A model generated the notes under the pieces. It ran no database searches and was not told where the DNA came from. It saw nothing but the letters and a program-made list of their open reading frames with translations. From positions 20,800-84,799 of the IMG/VR virus record IMGVR_UViG_3300045993_000417: a stretch of 64,000 nucleotides of DNA, one strand, 5' to 3'. Below, piece by piece: positions 55,319-64,000 of the stretch; positions within the stretch are counted from its first letter, which is position 1, and each line of letters opens with the position of its first letter. The stretch comes from a virus. Both the position numbers and the translations under genes were made by a program.

Positions 55319-56440
55319 ATGGCCCTTAATCACTCTCCTTCTATTATTACGAATGGCCTAGTATTTGCATACGATGCAGCTAACACCCAGAAATCGTACA
55401 AAGGTCCTCCTACTATAAACTATGTAGCGAATGCGGGTACTATGTCTGGGTGGACAAACTATTCCAATACTGCTAATGGAACTCCTGCCATATTCAGGAC
55501 TGACTTTGGTACTATGGGATATCGCATGGATAACGTAGGTTCATGGAACGGGATTTCTAAAGTAATTACATTACCATCTACAGGAACATATACATTTTCA
55601 GCGTGGATTAAATGGATTGGCGGTTCCAGCCTAGTGAACGGAGGGACTGTTTACATTTCTGGATGGGGTGGCGCTGATACTTCTTCTGCAACCAATAGGA
55701 CGCTACCAGGTCAGTGGCAGAGGATTAGTGTTACGCTAAATTGCACTCTTACCTCGGTAACTTTTTACCTTATCAGTTTTGGCGGTACTAATAATGTAGA
55801 TTTATCTTCCTGGCAAGTAACCATGCCACAGGCGGAACCCGGCTCCCTAACAACACCCTTTGTAGCTGGTACCAGATCTACTACACAAGTTCTAAATGAT
55901 TTAACTAACAATAACATAATTACTGCGTCTAGTTTAACGTATGCCAGTAATAACTCGTTTAGTTTTAACGGAACCACTGATTACATAAATTGTGGTAATG
56001 GAGTTACATTACAGCAGCCTTCATGTATAACTATGGAGGCATGGGTTAATCCAACGACTTGGGCATGGGTTGGAAACATAATGAGTAAGAATGGGAATGC
56101 TGCCTACCGGTTCAGAGTAGAAACAACAGGGGCTTTATGGTGGTACGTATCTGGTAACCTTATTAGTGGCGGTACTGTACCTTTAAATATATGGACACAC
56201 TGTGTAGTGACAGGGGACGCATATGGATTGAAGGCATATATTAATGGAGTTCTAGTAGCCTCTAATGCTGTAGCGTTTGCCCCTACTGCTCCTACTGTAG
56301 GAGATCTTCTTGTAGGTTCATTTGGTGGTGCGGAGTTCTTCGCTGGTAATATAGATAACACTAAGATTTATAATAGATCTCTTTCAGAGTATGAGATAGA
56401 ACAAAACTTTAACGCAATGCGTAGGAGATACGGGTTATGA
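55319..56440 (+). CDS. Carbohydrate-binding plus LamG domain protein
   Basis: GLVFAYDAAN; FNGTTDYI..TMEAWVNP..WTHCVVT..YINGV..IYNRSLSEYEIEQNFNAMRRRYGL. Confidence 0.85.
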   Translation: MALNHSPSIITNGLVFAYDAANTQKSYKGPPTINYVANAGTMSGWTNYSNTANGTPAIFRTDFGTMGYRMDNVGSWNGISKVITLPSTGTYTFSAWIKWIGGSSLVNGGTVYISGWGGADTSSATNRTLPGQWQRISVTLNCTLTSVTFYLISFGGTNNVDLSSWQVTMPQAEPGSLTTPFVAGTRSTTQVLNDLTNNNIITASSLTYASNNSFSFNGTTDYINCGNGVTLQQPSCITMEAWVNPTTWAWVGNIMSKNGNAAYRFRVETTGALWWYVSGNLISGGTVPLNIWTHCVVTGDAYGLKAYINGVLVASNAVAFAPTAPTVGDLLVGSFGGAEFFAGNIDNTKIYNRSLSEYEIEQNFNAMRRRYGL

Positions 56441-57753
56441 GTTGTTCTTCTGGGCCTGGAGTAGTTACCAGTGGACTAGTACTAGATTTAGATGCTGGTA
56501 ATAAAAAATCCTCTAAATATAAAACCACTCTTATTAATTGGGATACATGGACATTAGGCACTGGTTCTGTCACTGGATACTCCGAAAATGGAGTAGCTCA
56601 ATCTTCTAGAATAACCGGTACTGACCCGTGGGGTTTTTCCAATACTGTATGGTCATCTGCTCCTAACGGAGTTAGCGGACCTAATGGTGGCTGGAATGGA
56701 ACGGCAATACCGGCAGACATGACAAAGACTTATCGTTTCAGCGTGTGGGTTAAACGTTCATCAGCCACAGCTACAGGTTCCTACTATTTTGGATTATACA
56801 CTAACGGTACCAATAGTACTATCATGTTGGCTGGTGGGGTTCAAGCAAACCCTTATTGGGATATAGCTGCAATATCCTCACTGACACAGAATCAATGGTA
56901 CTTAGCGGTTGGATTTATATTCCCGTACAATTACACGGGGACTACTGCACATCCAGATAGCGGGTTGTACACTACTGCCAGTACAACTAAGGTTAGAATC
57001 AATGCTGGAAACGCTCCTAGTGATGTAAAGTTTCCTCCAAATGCTACAACTATGTGGTCAAGGTGTTATCATTTCTACTGTACAGACATTACTAGTAGTA
57101 TTCAGTTTTTTCAACCCAGAATTGATTTAGTAGATGGTAACGAGCCTACTATATCACAGTTATTAAATAACACAGGTAGTTTAATATATGATGTAAGTGG
57201 AGGAGTAAGTGCTGGCACGTTGACTAACGGACCTACCTATAGTTCATCTAATGATGGTAGTCTGGTGTTTGATGGTGTTAACGACGTAGTTAATATAAAT
57301 TATACTACGGCATTAACGAGATTTTCAATAAGTATATGGGCTTACCCTACGGGGTACACTGGAGTATATCCTGCTATACTTGCCGATAAATTTATATCCT
57401 CGATAAACTACTGCCTTATTTGTGCAGGATACTGGCAGGGAGGTATGTTCCAGGCAGGTACGTGGTACTATAGTCCTACAGCAGTGATGACACTTAACAC
57501 CTGGCAGCATGTTACATATACTTATGACGGTACTACTCAGGGTATATACCTGAACGGTGTTTATATAGGTGGGACTATAACATACTCAGGTAACCCAACG
57601 TGTAGTGGAAGTGGTCTTAGATTAGGTCAACGATGGGACTTAGCTGATATGTATGCAGGTAGACTTTCACGATTACAAATATATAATCGTGCTTTAACAG
57701 CTACTGAAGTAAAACAGAATTTTAATGCGACTAGGGGTCGTTATGGAATATAA
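56437..57753 (+). CDS. LamG domain protein
   Basis: GLVLDLDAGN; FDGVNDVV..WQHVTYTYDG..IYNRALTATEVKQNFNATRGRYGI. Confidence 0.85.
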   Translation: MSCSSGPGVVTSGLVLDLDAGNKKSSKYKTTLINWDTWTLGTGSVTGYSENGVAQSSRITGTDPWGFSNTVWSSAPNGVSGPNGGWNGTAIPADMTKTYRFSVWVKRSSATATGSYYFGLYTNGTNSTIMLAGGVQANPYWDIAAISSLTQNQWYLAVGFIFPYNYTGTTAHPDSGLYTTASTTKVRINAGNAPSDVKFPPNATTMWSRCYHFYCTDITSSIQFFQPRIDLVDGNEPTISQLLNNTGSLIYDVSGGVSAGTLTNGPTYSSSNDGSLVFDGVNDVVNINYTTALTRFSISIWAYPTGYTGVYPAILADKFISSINYCLICAGYWQGGMFQAGTWYYSPTAVMTLNTWQHVTYTYDGTTQGIYLNGVYIGGTITYSGNPTCSGSGLRLGQRWDLADMYAGRLSRLQIYNRALTATEVKQNFNATRGRYGI

Positions 57754-57779
57754 TTATATAAGTATTAAGTTAGGATAAA

Positions 57780-59213
57780 ATGGCTCTCACCGATAAAAAC
57801 ATACAAATAACCCCTAATAAAGGCGTAGCTGCTGACCCTGTAATAGTATTTTCTGGTGCTGATGCCTCTCTGGCTGCACAGAATATCTCACTTAACGTGT
57901 ACCCTACTAACAGTGGTACTCTGTCGTTTGAGGGTTCAGCTGGACAGCTATTTAGTGTGTCTAACTCACTAGCTGGAACCATATTCTCAGTAAATGACAT
58001 ATCCGGTATACCATCTATTGAGGTATTAGACTCGGGGGTAGTTAAGATAGGGCAATATTCAGGTAATGTAGTTATAGGCTCTGCAACAGATAATGGCTCG
58101 GGTAAATTACAAGTTACTGGTGCAGTAAGTGCTACCTCATTTATAGGTAATGGTGCAGGGCTGACTTCTGTGGCTGCCTCTTCAGTTAATATGGCACCTT
58201 CAGTATTTACCTCTTTAGGTGCCTCCCTAACTCAAAGTAACGCAGCTCTTATTTATAACTCCACCGCTACCTTAGTGCCGCTTAATGGGGTTTTAAATTT
58301 TATACCTTGGATTGCTACAAAGTCTGTATTATCCGGCGGCTACAATGGTAATAGTCAAATCGGGGAGATTAGACATGGTACCGCTGGGTGGCAAAACACT
58401 AGTGGCGTATACATAGCCCCTGGAGGCGGTAGTGACACTGCATCTACTGAGTATTTCGGTCTAACGTACGGTGGAGGTATAGAACACTCTAATACAGAAA
58501 TAGAGCTTAGGGGTATGACTTATGATACTAACCTGAGCAGATTTGTCAGTCCTAAAGGAGGCTCTTACGTTACCACTACCTCTACTGTAGTAGGTGCTAT
58601 TGGTATTATTCTCCCCACTGCGGGGGTAACTTCCACCAGTATGCTCAAGATGGTTGTTAAAGTGTATAACTATGTCCTTGGGTGGTCAATAGATGTACAT
58701 ATCTCAAGCCATTTAAGTATCGGTACTTGGGTTAACCCTACCGTCTATATTCTAGGAGATTCGGATACACCTCTAAGTTACATTATTAGGTATGGTACAG
58801 ATACCGCTACCGGAAGCCCTATAGTGTATATAGGTGAGCTAGCTCAATCATGGAACTACCCGCAAGTGTTTGTAACGGAGTTCCAAACGGGATATGCGAC
58901 ATCAGCTTTATATAAAAAAGGTTGGAGAATAATTTTTGAACCAACTGCCTTCCAAAACTTACAGCCTACTTATTCTAAAGTATGTACTACAACAGGCTCT
59001 AAGATGTTTTCTCCTTTAGTAGTAGGGTCAATATGTATAGGCGGACAGGTGGGGGTTGCTATTGCATCTGGGGGTAGTACGGCTTCATTTACTGCATGGG
59101 GTATTACTACCAATGCGTCTAATACAATAGGTTTACAAACTGGTACTTGGAAGAATATAGGCCCAAACACTACTGTCGTCCTCCCCATAGGATTATTTCA
59201 AAGAACTGCTTAA
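57780..59213 (+). CDS. Tail fibre protein
   Basis: LSFEGSAGQLFS..IFSVNDISGIPSIEV; KLQVTGAVSA; C-terminal GTWK..LFQRTA, followed by a Tfa-like gene. Confidence 0.7.
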   Translation: MALTDKNIQITPNKGVAADPVIVFSGADASLAAQNISLNVYPTNSGTLSFEGSAGQLFSVSNSLAGTIFSVNDISGIPSIEVLDSGVVKIGQYSGNVVIGSATDNGSGKLQVTGAVSATSFIGNGAGLTSVAASSVNMAPSVFTSLGASLTQSNAALIYNSTATLVPLNGVLNFIPWIATKSVLSGGYNGNSQIGEIRHGTAGWQNTSGVYIAPGGGSDTASTEYFGLTYGGGIEHSNTEIELRGMTYDTNLSRFVSPKGGSYVTTTSTVVGAIGIILPTAGVTSTSMLKMVVKVYNYVLGWSIDVHISSHLSIGTWVNPTVYILGDSDTPLSYIIRYGTDTATGSPIVYIGELAQSWNYPQVFVTEFQTGYATSALYKKGWRIIFEPTAFQNLQPTYSKVCTTTGSKMFSPLVVGSICIGGQVGVAIASGGSTASFTAWGITTNASNTIGLQTGTWKNIGPNTTVVLPIGLFQRTA

Positions 59214-59226
59214 CTAGGACTAAACA

Positions 59227-59757
59227 ATGAGTAAACTAATAATACTAGAAGCCAGATCCCCTTCCTATGTTCAGGGCGGTATGATACATTTAGAAATAAA
59301 CCATCCTGAATTAGGGTGGCTACCATTTGCTGCCAGCCCGGATGACGTAGAAGAGCATGGGAGAGACCTATACGCTAGGGCTATATCTGGGGAATTTGGG
59401 GATGTAAAACAATATCTAAAACCACTGGGGGAGGCTATAACTGAACGAATAGCTTTGATAGAGAGTATTTATAAAGCTTTTAATGAGGCCCCTATACAAT
59501 ATACAGACCATATATATCAAGCAGATGCTGATTCTGTGACACTAATGGCTCAAGTATCTTCAGCACTTCCAAATAATGCCGGTATTGGCTGGTATGATAT
59601 CTCCAATGTTGAGGTACCACTTACTAACGCACAGTTTGCTGAATTACGCCTAGCAATACTGATGCGTGGGCAGCCTTTATTTAGTCGCAGGCAAGCACGT
59701 AAAGAATCAATACGAAATGCAACGACAGTTGCTGAAGTAGAAGCAGTAGTTTGGTAA
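59227..59757 (+). CDS. Tail fibre assembly chaperone (Tfa/DUF4376-like)
   Basis: WLPFAASPDDVEEHGRDLY..GEFG; YQAD; W...N..V.LT; ATTVAEVEAVVW. Confidence 0.8.
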   Translation: MSKLIILEARSPSYVQGGMIHLEINHPELGWLPFAASPDDVEEHGRDLYARAISGEFGDVKQYLKPLGEAITERIALIESIYKAFNEAPIQYTDHIYQADADSVTLMAQVSSALPNNAGIGWYDISNVEVPLTNAQFAELRLAILMRGQPLFSRRQARKESIRNATTVAEVEAVVW

Positions 59758-59768
59758 AGGATAACTAA

Positions 59769-59996
59769 ATGATACCAGTAGATAAACAGCTCCACCTTTT
59801 TGGTGGGTACTCAATAGCAATAACCGTGTCCATAGTATATGGGCCACTAGTAGGATTTATCGTCTCATCAATTATAGGAATTTTAAAGGAAGTAGTGTAT
59901 GACCGTTTTGTACCAGGACATACTGTAGACAAATGGGATGCAATTGCTACAGCAGTGGGGGCGGCAGTAGGATCCTGTGTAAAGTTCTTGTTATAA
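59769..59996 (+). CDS. Small membrane protein
   Basis: DKQLH..GILKE..D..WDAIATAVG with hydrophobic helices. Confidence 0.7.
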   Translation: MIPVDKQLHLFGGYSIAITVSIVYGPLVGFIVSSIIGILKEVVYDRFVPGHTVDKWDAIATAVGAAVGSCVKFLL

Positions 59997-60174
59997 AGCT
60001 ATACAGTATAGTCTTACCAATCAACCACATTCTTTATAGTGGTTCCTGACTAATATATAGTAAATAATACTGTTAAAATACTACTAGGTTTAACGTAGTA
60101 TCATTAATACTACTTATTGAAACAAACTAAAAGACTATCGTAGGTACACTGGTCTATAGACCGAAGGTTTAAAC

Positions 60175-63100
60175 ATGACTTTAAGACAACAGCTTTTTGC
60201 AAATAACGCTAAGACTACGATATCACAGCCTATAACGCCCCTAGATACCAGTATAACTCTGCTAGACGCAAGTAGCTTCCCCTCCCCTTCAGCAGGGCAA
60301 TATTTTTTAGTAACCCTAGATACGGGTACTAGCGTAGAGATACTAGAGTGTTCGAATAGACTAGGTAATGTTTTAACAGTAATAAGGGCTATGGAAGGTA
60401 CGGTTGCGTCCAGCTTCCCTGCTGGTACCTTCATAGGCGTAAGGGTAACCTCCTCAACTCTGGGGTCATTTTTAAAAAATGATGGAGTTCTATATAACCT
60501 AAACTCTGTTGACTTACTTACTAGCCCAACAACATCAAATAGCAGTTCATACATTTGTTCTACCGTAGATGATGGTAATAACCTTACAGTAGCTCTTAAG
60601 GCTACTTCCCTAACCTGGAAGTTTACTAACTATACTAAAACTGCTTTTTCTGGTGTAGTAGCATCTTCTACGTTATCTTCTATTACCTCCAGTATAACTC
60701 CTACTTCAGAGATTGGATCAGTAGTACCTGGTAAGTACCTAATTCAATTCACCACAGGTGTTATAGCCGGTACAGTTCGTAAACTGTATACTCGTACTGG
60801 TAATAGCTTCACTTGGGCTACTAATACTTCAGTAGCACCTACTGTAGGCGATCAGTTCGAGGTTTACCAAAGTACAGTGTCCTCTATTTCAGCTCTAGGG
60901 GATAACTATGTTACACTTATAACGGATCAAAATATTGTTGGGGTGAAAACGTTCACCTCTGATACTACGTCCACTGGAGTACTACTAGATAATGGTCTTA
61001 CTGATGGGGGTAAACTAACATTAAAGTCCCTAGGGAATACTAGTTGGCAAGTTAATAATCAGGCTGGATCTTTAAGATTCCTGTATAACGGTACAACTCC
61101 ATTCCAAATTACTGGAAATGGGGGAACCGTGTTCTCACAGACTAATAGTACTAGTCAGTCACAGGTTAGTATACTTGGGCAAAACACCACGAATAGTTCC
61201 ATCATATATGGTTCCTCGTTAGGTACACAGATGACTGGTGGTAATGCTACTTCCAGTTTGGCTGGCACTTCTATATCATCATCTTTTACCCCTTCTGTAG
61301 TAGGGTCTACCTTATTTAGTTTATACAATACTCCATCTATTAACAATAACAATGCCCCAGTAGGTGTGCATGTTAATTATGCTTCAATGATATTTGGTGC
61401 AGGAGTAACCTCTGGAACGGTAACTGTAGTTAATAACTATGCTTCAGCTCCACCCACCTTACTAGGTACACCTACTGGGATAACAGTCTTCCATAATTTT
61501 TCGGCCTCTGATTCATCTAGCACTTTAATAGCTAATGCGTATGGATTCCGTGGACTTCTCAGTCCTGTATCTGGCAAAACCCGCTGGAACCTATATATGG
61601 ATGGAGGCGCTCCTAATCACATAGCTGGAAAATTACTAATAGGTTCCACTACAGACTCAGGAGTAAGCATACTACAAGTCGCTGGCGGGGTATCTGCCTC
61701 TAGTGTAGCAGTGGCCGGTTCTATCTCAGCTACAGCTACAACAACCTTAAACATAGGTTCTTCGGCAGGAAATGTTTTAGTACTGGATAAAGTTACCGGC
61801 GCAGACATAGTTTTTAAGACTAATGGTACAGCTTCAGGGAGTGTCACCGCAGACGTTAGCGGCTTGAACGTAGGTGGTGTAAGTGCGTATAACGCACTGA
61901 AGATAACTAACGCAACGGCAAACACTGTTATAGTGTCCTCTACTGGTGTAGCAATAGCAGGGGTTAGTAGTACTACTGGAAATGCAGTCTTCAATACTAG
62001 TGGTGGTACTCAGCTAGGACTTAGGATATCCAACTATACTACAGGAGGAACTGCAGCTATATATAATGCGGCCAATGTAAATAACTCCGCTGACTATGCC
62101 ATTGCCTCTTCCCCAACCATTACATACATTAATGGATCAACATCAACTAATCTACAAGCTAATGGGACTACCCGTCTAGTAGCTTCCACTACTGGCGTAT
62201 CAGTAACTGGGGCAATGGACGCAACTGGATCGGTGACCCTAAGTGGCAACGCCTCTAAATTCTCCTCAACTTACGCCGGTGTTACCACCACTAATGTCTT
62301 TACTGATACTATAGGCGGTGTTATTTCCGTAGACGGAGCAAAATCAATCTCTTTTAGAACTGGTGGGATAGCCGGCACTAATAGGGCAGTAGTCTCTGAT
62401 ACAGGATTGGCTGTAACTGGGCAAGTATCATTTGGTGAGTCTCAAAGTACATTTTTATCTACTAAGTTCGATACATCTACAGATGGTAAGAACATCTTTA
62501 TAGGCGGAGGTGGACAGCTTGTTGCATATGACCCCGGGGTTGTATACTCGGGTTCTTATAACACATTTTTAGGTAAAGACACTGGGGTTAACACTACTAC
62601 TGGGTATAGGAATACTTTTGTAGGCTCACTTTCAGGACAAATAACCACCACTGGGTATGAAAACACCTTTATTGGTGCAGAGACTGGGTCAGTTAATACT
62701 TCAGGATATCAGAACACCGCCTTTGGGTATTTCGCAGGTAATAGTATTAATACTGGATTTGGCAATACTATTACAGGAGCTTACTCAGGGGCGGATGTCA
62801 CATACGGGACATATAATACCATTATAGGTTATAACAATGGTAGAGGGATTACTTATGGTTCTAACAATACTATTATCGGCTGCCAAGTATACGTAGCTGC
62901 GGCTCTTTCTAATAATATAATTATAGCCGATGGTGCCGGAGTGATAAGGGCACAACACGATAATGTTAAGTGGAACTTATCCGGCCCAGTAGTTATTGGT
63001 GGGCCATTGAAGATAAGTGGTGCCACCAACGGTAACGCAAATGAATCTTGGATAGGTGGTAACGGTACTACATTAAGGTGGTTCTATAATGTGCCTCTTG

Positions 63101-64000
63101 GTGGGGACCACACGTTCGGCACGAATAACACCAGTATAGTAACTATAAATTCTCTTGGCGTAACCGTAGGAGGTCATGTTAGTCCTCGTGCAGCTACAAC
63201 GAGTACACAGGCAGTTATAGGATCTCAGTTATTCGGGTTTAGGAACAAAATTATTAACGGCGGCTTTAATGTTCAACAAAGGGTTCAGTCAACTTCTCTA
63301 CCACCCTCATCAACTTACATAGTAGACAGGTGGAGGGCTAATTACGTAGGAGGAACAGCTCCTACTGTAAACTGTACTACGGTTACAAGTCCGGGTAACT
63401 CATCATCCGGATACCAGTTACAGATGATAGGAACTTTTGGTGGTACCGCCATATACCTAGAACAGAGAATAGAGGCTGTGAATATATCGGATATGATGAA
63501 CACTGACATCATAGGTGGTATTAGAGTATACCAGAACTCTGGTGCTGCAGTTAACATGAGAATTACACTAAAGTATGCTGATCTAGGAGTAGATTCGTAT
63601 AGTGCTCCTATCACTTTTGCCGTAGGGTCTTACGTCAGTGTACCTAGTGGAGTGTATACTGACGTAACGATAAATGCCAATACTGTTGCGGCAGGGATTA
63701 GCATAACATATGGTATTCAATTTACTTTAGAGGTAGCATCTATTGCTGGTCCTGCAGGTACTAACATACTTTTTGGTAATGCAAGCCTGGAGGTAGGGAC
63801 ACTCAGAACTCCTTTTGAGCTACGTCCTTACGGTACTGAGTTACTGTTATGCCAAAGGTACTACACCAAATTAGTAGCCGGAGTTTCTAGTGCCGGATTC
63901 TGCAATGTAACAACAATGAGCTCTACTTATGGCTATGGTATAGGTCAGCTACCTGTACGTATGAGAATAACACCATCTATTATTACATCTGGAAGCTTCA
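60175..64000 (+). CDS. Second long tail fibre protein, 3'-truncated (paralog of 49704)
   Basis: Absent from the ORF track because it has no stop in the window. Starts MTLRQQLFANNAKTT; later NTF(L/V/I)G repeats, FRNKIINGGF and LEVG..TPFELRPYGTELLLCQRYY. Confidence 0.85.
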   Translation, partial: MTLRQQLFANNAKTTISQPITPLDTSITLLDASSFPSPSAGQYFLVTLDTGTSVEILECSNRLGNVLTVIRAMEGTVASSFPAGTFIGVRVTSSTLGSFLKNDGVLYNLNSVDLLTSPTTSNSSSYICSTVDDGNNLTVALKATSLTWKFTNYTKTAFSGVVASSTLSSITSSITPTSEIGSVVPGKYLIQFTTGVIAGTVRKLYTRTGNSFTWATNTSVAPTVGDQFEVYQSTVSSISALGDNYVTLITDQNIVGVKTFTSDTTSTGVLLDNGLTDGGKLTLKSLGNTSWQVNNQAGSLRFLYNGTTPFQITGNGGTVFSQTNSTSQSQVSILGQNTTNSSIIYGSSLGTQMTGGNATSSLAGTSISSSFTPSVVGSTLFSLYNTPSINNNNAPVGVHVNYASMIFGAGVTSGTVTVVNNYASAPPTLLGTPTGITVFHNFSASDSSSTLIANAYGFRGLLSPVSGKTRWNLYMDGGAPNHIAGKLLIGSTTDSGVSILQVAGGVSASSVAVAGSISATATTTLNIGSSAGNVLVLDKVTGADIVFKTNGTASGSVTADVSGLNVGGVSAYNALKITNATANTVIVSSTGVAIAGVSSTTGNAVFNTSGGTQLGLRISNYTTGGTAAIYNAANVNNSADYAIASSPTITYINGSTSTNLQANGTTRLVASTTGVSVTGAMDATGSVTLSGNASKFSSTYAGVTTTNVFTDTIGGVISVDGAKSISFRTGGIAGTNRAVVSDTGLAVTGQVSFGESQSTFLSTKFDTSTDGKNIFIGGGGQLVAYDPGVVYSGSYNTFLGKDTGVNTTTGYRNTFVGSLSGQITTTGYENTFIGAETGSVNTSGYQNTAFGYFAGNSINTGFGNTITGAYSGADVTYGTYNTIIGYNNGRGITYGSNNTIIGCQVYVAAALSNNIIIADGAGVIRAQHDNVKWNLSGPVVIGGPLKISGATNGNANESWIGGNGTTLRWFYNVPLGGDHTFGTNNTSIVTINSLGVTVGGHVSPRAATTSTQAVIGSQLFGFRNKIINGGFNVQQRVQSTSLPPSSTYIVDRWRANYVGGTAPTVNCTTVTSPGNSSSGYQLQMIGTFGGTAIYLEQRIEAVNISDMMNTDIIGGIRVYQNSGAAVNMRITLKYADLGVDSYSAPITFAVGSYVSVPSGVYTDVTINANTVAAGISITYGIQFTLEVASIAGPAGTNILFGNASLEVGTLRTPFELRPYGTELLLCQRYYTKLVAGVSSAGFCNVTTMSSTYGYGIGQLPVRMRITPSIITSGSF

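Noticed and set aside
82-63614. Numerous short antisense or alternate-frame ORFs over structural genes (e.g. 6533-7141, 2035-2496, 14717-15094)
   Set aside because: Shadows of codon-biased genes, without RBS, promoter motif or recognisable domains.
1-64000. tRNA/rRNA genes, inteins, integrase, portal, lysis genes
   Set aside because: None recognised by eye. A divergent portal or holin among the hypothetical ORFs cannot be excluded without HMM searches.

Overview
This window is the virion morphogenesis region of a large, probably jumbo-class, contractile-tailed (myovirus) dsDNA phage. The + strand carries the structural genes: a 5'-truncated prohead protease, scaffold/core proteins, decoration protein, major capsid protein, neck, sheath, tube, spike, terminase large subunit, a tail chaperone with a -1 frameshift, tape measure, baseplate, a sigma70-family factor and many tail fibre/LamG genes. 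The last fibre gene runs off the window end. Islands on the - strand interrupt this run, all sharing a TGGTATAA promoter motif. Two islands stand out. (1) A complete PRTRC-type ubiquitin-like conjugation cassette (Ubl ending GTKG, E2-like, JAB peptidase, E1/ThiF), whose JAB gene is split inside its HSH catalytic motif by a 342-nt group I intron. (2) A retron-type reverse transcriptase operon. Its RT has a consensus QLSLF clamp-binding-like motif and is followed by a structured non-coding segment. The operon sits beside a 199-bp-arm inverted repeat studded with CCGCACTT iterons around an AT-rich core (origin-like), with a PD-(D/E)xK nuclease on the other side. Other signals are a recurring NxYLEKIA/KxA motif (a likely capsid-targeting and protease-cleavage code, with one cargo being GNAT-like), at least 8 apparently leaderless genes, and a protein with an RNAP beta-prime Zn-site-like module among the baseplate genes. 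All functional calls come from motif recognition and synteny; no database searches were run.
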